A stretch of 64,000 nt of DNA, from positions 207,872-271,871 of the forward strand of contig JBGSPE010000005.1 in assembly GCA_041738755.1 (NCBI GenBank), in the 5' to 3' direction. Source of the stretch: Minisyncoccia bacterium (GTDB taxonomy: Bacteria; Patescibacteriota; Minisyncoccia; Phycocordibacterales; UBA918). This document shows positions 55,841 through 64,000 of this stretch, one piece after another. A program made the position numbers and the translations under genes. Each line of letters opens with the position of its first letter. Position 1 is the first letter of the stretch. The notes below the pieces were generated by a model. The model was not told the origin of the DNA, made no database searches, and saw only the letters and a list, made by a program, of their open reading frames with translations.

Positions 55841-56167
55841 GATAGACTCAATCTTTAACGATGCGTAGTGCTGTCGGTGACCGATTCGTCGGTCTCGGTT
55901 ACTCTTGGCCTTGTAGCGAACAATCGTAAGCTTTGGACCCTTTGTTTCTCCGAGATAGGTAGCCACAACTTTTGTACCAGTATGTGGGGTTCCCACCTTA
56001 GCTGTTGTACCGTTGTCGGTCATGAGAACGGTGTCGAATTCGACGTTATCGCCTTCCTTATAGTCACCAAGGAGTTCTACTTGGAGGGTGTCGCCTACGT
56101 GTACTACGTATTGCTTACCGCCGGTTGCGATTACTGCAAATGGTTTGCTAGTTGTTTCTGTTGCCAT
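55838..56167 (-). CDS. rplU: ribosomal protein L21
   Basis: FAVIATGGKQYVVHVGDTLQVE... The start is at ATG 56167 rather than the track's TTG 56206, because the promoter sits in between. Confidence 0.85.
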   Translation of the reverse strand: MATETTSKPFAVIATGGKQYVVHVGDTLQVELLGDYKEGDNVEFDTVLMTDNGTTAKVGTPHTGTKVVATYLGETKGPKLTIVRYKAKSNRDRRIGHRQHYASLKIESI

Positions 56168-56177
56168 AGTGGTCGCT

Positions 56178-56206
56178 ATAGTACGATAAAGCTCATTATT
56201 TTGCAA
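56178..56206 (-). promoter_or_regulatory. sigma70-like promoter TTGCAA-17-TACTAT for rplU (near-leaderless)
   Basis: Minus-strand -10 is the complement of 56178-56183 and -35 the complement of 56201-56206. Confidence 0.55.
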
Positions 56207-56272
56207 GTAGGGTGCAACCCTAAGAATTGGTCCCCGTTTAATAAAATCCCGAGGGTAACCCTCGGGATTTCA

Positions 56273-57349
56273 CTACTCATCGAGTGATTTCGGCTTTTCA
56301 AGCGACAGTACCTCGATTTCAGCTGAGTCTCCGGTAATCCGCATGATGTCTTTATCAATCTTACCAAGCTCCTTCCCAGCCGCATTATAGTGATTCACGG
56401 TGGTAGAAAGGGTGTTTCCAAGCTTTAGGTAGTACTCTTCATACCGCTTGAGGTGCCCCGTGAGCTTCTCGACATTCTTAATGATATCCTGAGCCTTTTC
56501 TTCAATTTCCATCGCCTTAAGGCCTTGGAGGACGGTCTGGAGATACGCCAAGAATGAGGTTGGTGAGACGATAATCACCTTGTACTTCCCTGCCGCTCTT
56601 TGGATGAGATTGTCCTCTCCTGCTCCGACTTTATTGGAAAGCAGGTCATAGTAGATACCCTCGTGCGGAATAAACATAAAGGCAAAGTCGGTTGTCTTCT
56701 CACTTGGGCGAATATACTTAGCGGTTTCAGTGATACGGTTTTTGAGATCGTTCACAAAGGCCTTTTCGTACTGGACTTTCTCTGGACCATCGGTAGCTGT
56801 TGCAAAGCGGTTGTAGTTTTCGAGTGAAAACTTTGAATCAACAGGAATTACCTTCCCTTTCACAAAGACCGCCGCGTCGACTATCTCACCATCGGAAAAT
56901 GCGTACTGCATTTCAAAGTTAGCGGGACCAAGTACATTTTGCAATACCGTCTCAAGATAGTATTCGCCGAGGACACCTCGCTGTTTTGGATTCTTTAAAA
57001 TATCTTGCAACTCTTTGAGCTGATCTGCAACCGCAAATACCTGCTTTGAGCTCTCCCCCACCTCGGTGACCCCTTTCACCACATTTCGTAGCTGTTCATT
57101 CATCTCGCGATTGATGTCTTGCATCAACTCACGACTTTCCCGAAATTGAACCCGACTCCCCTCTTGCATCGCTTTGTTAGTCTCAGATAGCTTGGCGTCC
57201 ACCGTGCGTGACAAATCCTCTAAGCGTTGCATCAGAAGGATGCTGTCGCTGGTATCTTTTTGTTCCACCTTGGGATGGAGGAGCTTATAGACCACAAACG
57301 CATTAACGAGTAACAAAATAACCACCAGAATAACTAACATGATTTCCAT
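56273..57349 (-). CDS. rmuC: DNA recombination protein RmuC
   Basis: N-terminal TM, coiled coil, and RmuC C-terminal region. Confidence 0.75.
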   Translation of the reverse strand: MEIMLVILVVILLLVNAFVVYKLLHPKVEQKDTSDSILLMQRLEDLSRTVDAKLSETNKAMQEGSRVQFRESRELMQDINREMNEQLRNVVKGVTEVGESSKQVFAVADQLKELQDILKNPKQRGVLGEYYLETVLQNVLGPANFEMQYAFSDGEIVDAAVFVKGKVIPVDSKFSLENYNRFATATDGPEKVQYEKAFVNDLKNRITETAKYIRPSEKTTDFAFMFIPHEGIYYDLLSNKVGAGEDNLIQRAAGKYKVIIVSPTSFLAYLQTVLQGLKAMEIEEKAQDIIKNVEKLTGHLKRYEEYYLKLGNTLSTTVNHYNAAGKELGKIDKDIMRITGDSAEIEVLSLEKPKSLDE

Positions 57350-57405
57350 ATCGCACCATCATACCACGGGTTTAAAATCACCTCACAGGTGCTATACTAG
57401 GTCAT

Positions 57406-57858
57406 ATGTCATTACACCAAACTATTAAAGAATCATTAAAAGAGGCCATGAAAGCCAAGGAAGAGGTCCGGTTACGCACCATTCGCAGTATGCTGACCGC
57501 CTTTACCAATGAACTGGTGGCCACCAGCCGTACCCCTCAAGACTGGCTCACTGATGAGGAAGTGCTTGCTGTCATCAAGCGACTAGCCAAACAACGCAAA
57601 GAGTCAATTCTCCAATTTGAAGCCAATGCCCGTCCTGAGTTGGCTGAACCAGAACATGCTGAACTGGCCGTCCTTGAAAGTTACCTACCGCAACTTATGA
57701 GTCAAGACGAGATTCGACCGATTGCTGAAGCCAAAAAAGCTGAGCTTGGTATCGAAGATAAAAGTAAGATGGGTATGCTCATGGGAGCCATCATCAAGGA
57801 ACTAGGTGGGAAGGCGGATGGAGCCGATGTGAAGTTTGTCGTGGAGTCACTTTTTTAA
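57406..57858 (+). CDS. GatB/YqeY domain protein
   Basis: 150 aa matching the YqeY pattern. Confidence 0.75.
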   Translation: MSLHQTIKESLKEAMKAKEEVRLRTIRSMLTAFTNELVATSRTPQDWLTDEEVLAVIKRLAKQRKESILQFEANARPELAEPEHAELAVLESYLPQLMSQDEIRPIAEAKKAELGIEDKSKMGMLMGAIIKELGGKADGADVKFVVESLF

Positions 57859-57860
57859 AT

Positions 57861-58154
57861 ATGACTGAAAAGCTTCCTCCTTTAAACAGTAAAATTGAAA
57901 ACGCTAAACGACGAGGTGATACTGCATACCTCAGTAATGCTGGTAGAAATGGAGCCGAAAAGACAAATCGAATAAAGGATATTAAAAAAACAATAGCTGA
58001 GTTAGACGTCGAGGAGCGAAAGTTACAAGCCTTAGAGGACGAACTTGCCCGTCAGCGGGCAGCAAATGAGGATCTCATTTCACCCGACGGTGAAGATTTT
58101 GGGTTATCTGAAGAAGATAGGTTTGATAAGTACCACATAGACCCACGATTGTAA
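57861..58154 (+). CDS. hypothetical coiled-coil protein
   Basis: 97 aa. Confidence 0.4.
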   Translation: MTEKLPPLNSKIENAKRRGDTAYLSNAGRNGAEKTNRIKDIKKTIAELDVEERKLQALEDELARQRAANEDLISPDGEDFGLSEEDRFDKYHIDPRL

Positions 58155-58213
58155 TTAAACCTGCACTATGGTTTAGTTTCTCCGGATAGTTATTTTATTC
58201 GGAGGGTACTACC

Positions 58214-58594
58214 GTGAGCAATCGTGGACAGGAACATTATATTATCGACAAGATTCTTGATGAGGTTCATATCGAAACTGTCCGCAAATATGGACCAACC
58301 AACAAAGACACCGCCAAAAAAATTATTTTTAAAATTTATGATTTATTGGATGGTGGGACTACATTTCGAGCTGCAAAGAGTATTGCAATCAATCGGATAA
58401 AGATTGCTCCTGCCTTCCAGAGACAATTTCATAGCTTAGTAACGAAATACTTTAAACGAGTTGCAGCCAAGCGAATTACAGATAAGCTCATTGCAGATAA
58501 GCAACAAAGCCAAAAAAGGAGAGGTTTGTATCGCTCCTCAACCGCACTAGTAACCCCAATGATGTCGACCGAGTGGGGTAAAAAGATTGAATAA
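58214..58594 (+). CDS. hypothetical basic protein
   Basis: 126 aa. Confidence 0.4.
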   Translation: MSNRGQEHYIIDKILDEVHIETVRKYGPTNKDTAKKIIFKIYDLLDGGTTFRAAKSIAINRIKIAPAFQRQFHSLVTKYFKRVAAKRITDKLIADKQQSQKRRGLYRSSTALVTPMMSTEWGKKIE

Positions 58595-58625
58595 GGGCAC
58601 GCTACGCGTGCCCTTTACCTTTATA
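58593..58625. terminator. bidirectional terminator AAGGGCACGC-tac-GCGTGCCCTT
   Basis: A perfect stem between convergent genes. Confidence 0.75.
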
Positions 58626-59559
58626 TAAACGCAGCCAACTTCACCATAAAGAAAACATAGAACAGCAAGAGCATTACCCCTTCCCAACCCATTACCTTCT
58701 TAGCTAAGCCATTTACAAACAGAATTATCGACGCTGCAATCAATACACCAAGTCCAACCTCCATAACGACAGCATCCGATGGCAGTGTCGTAAAAAGACC
58801 TGGGAGCCCCGCAACAAACAACATATTGAAGGCATTTGAACCAAAGATATTTCCAATCGCCAAATCGCTCTCACCTGCCCGCATCGCCTTTATTGAAACA
58901 AAGAGCTCTGGTAGTGACGTTCCAACTGCAATAGCTAGAATTGATACCAGACCGATTGGTACTGCAAATCCGGTTGCCAGTGCTACCGCGTACTCTACCG
59001 TAAAGTGTGCACCAACAAGTACAGCCGCAGTACCTCCCAGCACAAACAGGACCGGCTTTAACAACGCAACTTTTGGGCGGTCAGCACCAAGCTCATTTCG
59101 ATGTGTCATTGAATCCGCAAACAAATACCACAGATACGCCAAAAAGGTCCCTACCAAAAGTGCCGCTTCTACCCTATCAAGCACTCCATCATAAATCGCA
59201 GCGACAAAGTGAATGGTGGCTATCAAAAAAATAGGTAGCTCTGATTGAAGCAAGTCTTTCTTGATAATAATCGTACCTCCAAGCGCAGCTGTTAGTCCAA
59301 TGATAAGGAGAATATTAGTAATGTTTGAACCTACGACGTTGGCAATAACAATTTCTGGACTTCCTGCCAAAACACCAGCAATAGATGATGCGAGTTCAGG
59401 GAGTGACGTTCCAAACCCTACAATCACCACCCCCACCACAAAAGAACTCATACCAAGTCCAAGCCCAATTTCTTTGGCCCCATCCACAAAGTAATCGGCC
59501 CCCTTCACCAAGACGGCAATAGCAGCAAATAAGTAAACGACAAGTAATATTGTTTCCAT
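58621..59559 (-). CDS. Ca2+/cation antiporter (CaCA family, YrbG-like)
   Basis: Two alpha-repeats, GTSLPELASS and GTSLPELFVS. Confidence 0.85.
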   Translation of the reverse strand: METILLVVYLFAAIAVLVKGADYFVDGAKEIGLGLGMSSFVVGVVIVGFGTSLPELASSIAGVLAGSPEIVIANVVGSNITNILLIIGLTAALGGTIIIKKDLLQSELPIFLIATIHFVAAIYDGVLDRVEAALLVGTFLAYLWYLFADSMTHRNELGADRPKVALLKPVLFVLGGTAAVLVGAHFTVEYAVALATGFAVPIGLVSILAIAVGTSLPELFVSIKAMRAGESDLAIGNIFGSNAFNMLFVAGLPGLFTTLPSDAVVMEVGLGVLIAASIILFVNGLAKKVMGWEGVMLLLFYVFFMVKLAAFI

Positions 59560-59569
59560 AATGAGGCGA

Positions 59570-60793
59570 TTATAGCACTAAAAGACTCGGATTGAAGATG
59601 AGGATACCACCCAAAAGGAGCATAAGGACGCCTCCAATCAAAAGCGACCACTGAGCGTACTTTCCTCCGTGTGACTGGAGCTTTGAATAGCCCCAAATCG
59701 CCAATCCAAACACAACCACGTCATCAAACATATACCCGAGTGTAAACACGAGAATGTACCACTGTCGTTCCATTAGGGTCAGCAGATTAAGTTCTAGGAT
59801 TTTGGTATACGCTTGCGGGATACCAATTGAACACGCAAATTCAATCACGTTCACTGAAAAGGCAATAATGAAAATAGCTATAATCGAAGCAATCGTGACT
59901 GGCTGTTGGACGATTTGTTGGAACTTATTGATAGTTTTTGACTGAGTATCAATATCGGAAATATCACACACGAGTGCAGCGCTTTTATTTTTCCGCCAGC
60001 GGGTCAAGAAGAAGATTCCTCCACTAAGAGCGAGGATACCAACTAGTGGCGTCACGTATTGATCCAACGCCACGAAGTCCCATGTCTTGTACCAGACATT
60101 GAGAATCAAGTTATACATAATCCCTTGAGCCAGGATGAAGATGCCTGCTAGGAAAATCATTTTCTTCTTGCTTCCAGCCTGGGAGAGTAACGTTAGGAAG
60201 GTTATCAGAACCCACATCGCACAGGGATTGAACCCATCGATTACCCCCAAAATAAGTGAGAGCGAAAATAGTGAGAATGTTTGTAAGTCGACCACCCCCA
60301 AAAATGGCAACTCAAAGACAAACTGCCCTCCCCCACCCTCGCAGGAAATCCCACTACAGCCTCCACCCAACACAACATCTTGTTTTGGAGCACGCTCTAT
60401 GTGGTCTTCAATACTTCGAATTGAAGATGATTCGGTTCTCGTAATCGCCGCTTTGATAGCCTCACCGGTGGTTTGGGGTCCATTAAATCCCGCGATGACA
60501 GTCTCTCCAATCACAGTAATCGGAGTTACTTTTGATACTCCATGCTTCTCTGTTACGGCATCATACCAGACCTTAGCCTGCTGATCAGTAATGATATTAA
60601 GGTATTCATACGTAATCCCTTGCTCTTTTAGGTACGCAAACTGTTCTTTACAGAAGCCGCAGTCATCTCGACCAAACATAATTACAACCGGTGGCGTTGG
60701 TTCAGACAAGCTCTCAGTCTGTGCACTACTGACACCAGGAACACCAGAAAGTAGCATCCCCAGCAAAACCATCACTCTCCAGATATTTTTCAT
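59570..60793 (-). CDS. thioredoxin/glutaredoxin-like domain fused to CcdA/DsbD-like transmembrane domain
   Basis: Signal peptide; CxxC (CGFC) thioredoxin fold; GVIDGFNPCAMWVL resembles the CcdA SPC motif; multiple TM helices. Confidence 0.6.
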   Translation of the reverse strand: MKNIWRVMVLLGMLLSGVPGVSSAQTESLSEPTPPVVIMFGRDDCGFCKEQFAYLKEQGITYEYLNIITDQQAKVWYDAVTEKHGVSKVTPITVIGETVIAGFNGPQTTGEAIKAAITRTESSSIRSIEDHIERAPKQDVVLGGGCSGISCEGGGGQFVFELPFLGVVDLQTFSLFSLSLILGVIDGFNPCAMWVLITFLTLLSQAGSKKKMIFLAGIFILAQGIMYNLILNVWYKTWDFVALDQYVTPLVGILALSGGIFFLTRWRKNKSAALVCDISDIDTQSKTINKFQQIVQQPVTIASIIAIFIIAFSVNVIEFACSIGIPQAYTKILELNLLTLMERQWYILVFTLGYMFDDVVVFGLAIWGYSKLQSHGGKYAQWSLLIGGVLMLLLGGILIFNPSLLVL

Positions 60794-60889
60794 ATGGCTT
60801 GAAGTGTAGCATTGAAACCACAGAGACGGAAAGCGAATCAAAAACAAAAAACCACCCTGAGCCAAAGGCTCAGGGTGGTTTTTTAATTC

Positions 60890-61642
60890 TTAAAGGTATT
60901 GAAGGTAATCACCGTATCCTGATGCTTCCATTTGTGCCCGAGGGACAAATCGAAGTGATACTCCGTTCATACAGTACCGTAAACCAGTACTATCTGTTGG
61001 TCCGTCAGTGAAAACGTGACCGAGGTGATTGTCAGCAATCGCTGAGCGAATTTCGGTACGCTTAGAGAAGATTGTATTATCTTCATGCTCTGTAACTGCA
61101 CTGGGTTTGATTGGCTTTGTAAATGACGGCCAACCAGTTCCTGAGTCAAACTTGTCCTTTGACGAAAATAACGGTTCACCAGACAAAACATCTACGTATA
61201 TCCCAGACTCCCAGTTTTTATCAAGCGGACTACTACCAGGTCGTTCGGTACCATCGTCTTGTGTCACTTTAAACGTAATTGGATCTAACGTTGCTCTCAA
61301 AACTGCCTCTGTCGGCTTTTGATAGTTTAACCACATATTTTTTTGTACTACAGCTGGTGCTTGTGCGACTGGAGCGGCACCGTTACTTGACTGGACCTGT
61401 GCTGATTCAGTTGTATTAGCATCATTAGTAATAACCTCAGATTCACTAGTAATTGTTGTACCTTCTGTACCTGTTTCTTCAACCCTCACTTCTTCTGTCA
61501 CTACAGCCTCATTCACTGGTGGTTCTACTTGCGGTGACCCCCAGCCAAAGAAGCTCGTAATGAGCATGATTATATTTGTGATAAATTCCATAATGTAAAG
61601 TATACCATACATTGGTCTACATTGCATCATACGCATCCCCAA
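60890..61642 (-). CDS. msrB: methionine-R-sulfoxide reductase MsrB, membrane-anchored, Zn-free variant
   Basis: GWPSF; HLGHVF.DGP; catalytic RYCMNG. Both CxxC zinc sites are replaced (DVLSGEP; SAIADNH). Confidence 0.8.
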   Translation of the reverse strand: MGMRMMQCRPMYGILYIMEFITNIIMLITSFFGWGSPQVEPPVNEAVVTEEVRVEETGTEGTTITSESEVITNDANTTESAQVQSSNGAAPVAQAPAVVQKNMWLNYQKPTEAVLRATLDPITFKVTQDDGTERPGSSPLDKNWESGIYVDVLSGEPLFSSKDKFDSGTGWPSFTKPIKPSAVTEHEDNTIFSKRTEIRSAIADNHLGHVFTDGPTDSTGLRYCMNGVSLRFVPRAQMEASGYGDYLQYL

Positions 61643-61703
61643 CCAATCTCTTTCACTACATGAAGCGGAATAGTGCTGTAAATCCCTTCAGTAAGGTTCT
61701 TGA

Positions 61704-62141
61704 TTATATTGATGTATTTGCCTCGCTCATTTTTTGTAGTTGGGTTGCTCGTAGCCCTTGCCGATCAAGGTTTCGTAGTTCTTGGAGGCACGTCGCATAG
61801 TCAGGAACCTGTTCCGCGACTAATTCCCAAAACGTTGGTCCATGATTCATTTCACGTAAATGACAGAGTTCGTGCACAATAATGTAATCACGCAAGTGCG
61901 GTGGTAAGAAGAGAATTTTATAGTTAAAGTTTAGGTTCTTTTGTGCCGAACAACTCCCCCAGCAGCGTCTTTGATTACGAACAGCGACCCGATTCCAGGA
62001 ATAGTTATAAAACTGATTAAAGTGCTCTAAACGATTTAAAATCAATGCTCGTGATTGCTCTTTGTATATTTGATAGTGTTTGGTCACGGTCGTAGTCCTG
62101 ACACGAACTCGACGTCGCCTAAAACGGATTCCCCACGGCAT
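61704..62141 (-). CDS. YgjP-like (DUF45) metal-dependent hydrolase
   Basis: HELCHLREMNH, an HExxH motif. Confidence 0.7.
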   Translation of the reverse strand: MPWGIRFRRRRVRVRTTTVTKHYQIYKEQSRALILNRLEHFNQFYNYSWNRVAVRNQRRCWGSCSAQKNLNFNYKILFLPPHLRDYIIVHELCHLREMNHGPTFWELVAEQVPDYATCLQELRNLDRQGLRATQLQKMSEANTSI

Positions 62142-62142
62142 A

Positions 62143-62541
62143 CTACCAATTAAGATACGTCACACTGAGTTGCAACACCGTAGCGAATGATACCCAGAGT
62201 AGGTATGGGATTTGCAAGTAAGTAATAAACTGAGCGTGTGGCCAGACAGCCCACATTGCCCACACCAGGGTAAGTAGCACGAGGAGAATAACGAAAGAAG
62301 CAAGCGGGAGATTATTAAGACCAAACTGTACCGGAGTGAACGCAAAATTTGCCATCAAGTTCAATACAAATGGCACTGCCACCAACGCGGGAATGTGACC
62401 TTGCCACACTTTTAGAAATACGTACCCAAAACTAAAGGCAATAATAAGATAGAGGACACTCCACACCGGGCCAAAAATCCAAGCTGGCGGAGAGAACCAC
62501 GGTTTGATATATGAGGCGTATTGAGTAGTAGTGTTTTCCAT
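62143..62541 (-). CDS. TspO/MBR-family membrane protein
   Basis: PPAWIFGPVWSVLYL hallmark. Confidence 0.7.
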   Translation of the reverse strand: MENTTTQYASYIKPWFSPPAWIFGPVWSVLYLIIAFSFGYVFLKVWQGHIPALVAVPFVLNLMANFAFTPVQFGLNNLPLASFVILLVLLTLVWAMWAVWPHAQFITYLQIPYLLWVSFATVLQLSVTYLNW

Positions 62542-62560
62542 CCTTGTATTCTAACATAAT

Positions 62561-62590
62561 AAAAACGGCCGCTTGTGCGGCCGTTTTTAG
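62561..62590. terminator. bidirectional terminator AAAAACGGCCGC-ttgt-GCGGCCGTTTTT
   Basis: A perfect stem with A and T tracts. Confidence 0.85.
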
Positions 62591-62598
62591 ATGTTTAC

Positions 62599-63210
62599 TT
62601 AGTTGTTGTCGTCATCTTCATCGTCTTCATCCTCGACTTCATCTTCATCTTCATCTTCATCTTCGTCTTCGTCTTCATAAAGACAGACTTCTGAAGGCGC
62701 TGGCTTGTCGTCACAATCACCATCCTCACGCCATTTTCTTCTTTCCATTATCTTTTTACTAATACCTGGCGCCTTGAGCAAGCCAACCGGAATACTGCCA
62801 TTCTTACGCTCCTTTAGATATTCGTTAAACAGAGCTCGCGTCGCCTCATCCACTTCTCCCGTCAGCGGCAAGCCGTGTCTTTCTTGAAAGCGTAAAATTG
62901 CTTCTTTGGTCAATGGACCATAGTAGCCACTGACGATGCCACGTGGATAGATTGTTGGATCAGTCGCTAGTAGTTCCTGGATCTTTTTGATATCTTCATC
63001 CTCCATCCCTTCACTTAGTCCTGACTTAAGCTCCTCATTAATCTCTCCTTTCAGCGCCGCTAGCTGACTCTGCAATTCCTCCACCTGCTTTAATAGACTC
63101 TGTAGAGTTGCTAGTAGGCTAGCCGTATCAGTGGTTTGAGCTTTTGCTATAACTGGTAGGCTAGTGGCACACAACAAAACGAGTGAACAAGCGATTATAG
63201 TTTGCTTCAT
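62599..63210 (-). CDS. secreted peptidoglycan-binding (PGBD-like) protein with poly-Asp/Glu C-terminal tail
   Basis: Signal peptide; LTKEAILRFQERHGLPLTGEVDEAT; the tail DEDEDEDE... is encoded by a GAA/GAT/GAC repeat. Confidence 0.65.
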   Translation of the reverse strand: MKQTIIACSLVLLCATSLPVIAKAQTTDTASLLATLQSLLKQVEELQSQLAALKGEINEELKSGLSEGMEDEDIKKIQELLATDPTIYPRGIVSGYYGPLTKEAILRFQERHGLPLTGEVDEATRALFNEYLKERKNGSIPVGLLKAPGISKKIMERRKWREDGDCDDKPAPSEVCLYEDEDEDEDEDEDEVEDEDDEDDDNN

Positions 63211-63297
63211 AGATATTTATAAATAATTATTAATTTAATACTAAAGCTGATTTGGTTCAGCTGTCACGAGATATTATACGCCACACCTAAAGCATAA

Positions 63298-64000
63298 TCA
63301 GCCTTTATGCTCAGAGACAAACAAGGCCCGAATCAGCCGAATCAGTTCGTACTCGTATTTTTCGCCCGTTGCTTCATGGAGCGGTTTTAGCTTCTCCACG
63401 CCATGCTTATTAATAGCTTTATAGACATCGGTTTTGGCTTTTTTGCTGGCTGGGAAGGCCGCAATAAACTCATTTAGCACCTTAAGCGGTATCTGCTGCT
63501 TCTCCGCCAGATACTCTAGGTGATTAATCACCGTTGAGGTGGTGAGACCGCGGACTCGAGCTAGTTCAGCCAAAGTCTGCCCTTCAGTGAGCGCCTTACG
63601 AGTAATCTCATAAGTACTTTCCGTTGGTGCTTTTGGCACCCGCACACCACTCTCTGCTGAGGCTAGGGCGGCGGCTGTTGGTAGAGTTCCCCCCGAGGCT
63701 TTCACGAAGCGCTCATGCATCTCTTTTAACTCCTCGGCATCAAGCGCCTTAAATGTCTCCTCTGCCTCGTCGGATTCAAGCTTAAAGCGCTTATCTTGCG
63801 CAATGATTTTTGGATCAACCATCAGAGCGTTGGGATTCATGCCGAGAACCTTGAGTCCAGCGAGAGTGCGCACGCGAGAGAGAGCAACATAACCCTGCCC
63901 GTAGACAAAAGACTTGGACAGATCAACCTCAGCGGCGTCAAGTGACATCCCCTGGCTTTTGTGGACGGTAATCGCCCACGCTAGACGCAGTGGCACCTGC
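63298..64000 (-). CDS. PIF1/RecD-like helicase, C-terminal part (5' end beyond window) with HTH-like tail
   Basis: [19 protein letters not shown]...YVALSRVR; the ORF runs off the window edge. Confidence 0.6.
   Translation of the reverse strand, partial: QVPLRLAWAITVHKSQGMSLDAAEVDLSKSFVYGQGYVALSRVRTLAGLKVLGMNPNALMVDPKIIAQDKRFKLESDEAEETFKALDAEELKEMHERFVKASGGTLPTAAALASAESGVRVPKAPTESTYEITRKALTEGQTLAELARVRGLTTSTVINHLEYLAEKQQIPLKVLNEFIAAFPASKKAKTDVYKAINKHGVEKLKPLHEATGEKYEYELIRLIRALFVSEHKG

Noticed and set aside
1-64000. tRNA and rRNA genes
   Set aside because: I scanned intergenic regions for T-arm (GGTTCGAATCC-like) and CCA-end signatures and for rRNA-like conserved blocks. None were found.

Overview
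This is a 64-kb window from a compact bacterial chromosome. Core genes run about 45-48% GC. Several traits suggest a CPR/Patescibacteria-type genome, possibly Saccharibacteria-like, but this is inference only: a short AlaRS, an archaeal-type short AspRS, a zinc-free L36, many near-leaderless sigma70-like promoters, and a dense set of peptidoglycan genes.

Gene order from left to right:
- alaS 3' end, an actin-like ATPase and a single-TM protein.
- The infA-rpmJ-rpsM-rpsK-rpsD-rpoA-rplQ-rplM-rpsI cluster.
- A small low-GC islet, then grpE-dnaK-dnaJ.
- Membrane proteins, then a roughly 9.5-kb low-GC (~32%) island. It carries a SET-domain protein, an orphan multi-TM histidine kinase, a DEDDh exonuclease, an AroE-like dehydrogenase, and a tight five-gene operon (HprK-like P-loop kinase, SDR epimerase, NTase-like, GT4 glycosyltransferase, HD hydrolase).
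- LD-carboxypeptidase and trpS.
- Two same-frame ORFs split by a single TAG codon.
- A T-box leader with an Asp specifier, followed by aspS.
- pepA, an HD hydrolase and scpA.
- An anomalous 0.9-kb insert with convergent mini-genes, then scpB.
- dacA-like, mraY, ftsW, murG, gltX and an M23 peptidase.
- A 730-bp AT-rich, repeat-bearing intergenic region.
- A mixed-strand block: murI, EVE, DoxX, SLT, ROK kinase, pgi, LOG, a second DEDDh exonuclease, HD, rpmA, PPIase, rplI, ctpA, cysS, dnaB, recR, rplU, rmuC, yqeY, a CaCA antiporter, a Trx-CcdA fusion, msrB, YgjP, TspO, a PG-binding secreted protein and a 3' helicase fragment.

I found no rRNA, tRNA or CRISPR array. The most unusual loci are the scpA/scpB insert (a hydrophobic 36-aa ORF convergent with a GC-anomalous 38-aa ORF), the HprK-like kinase operon and the low-GC island around it, and the T-box upstream of an archaeal-type aspS.
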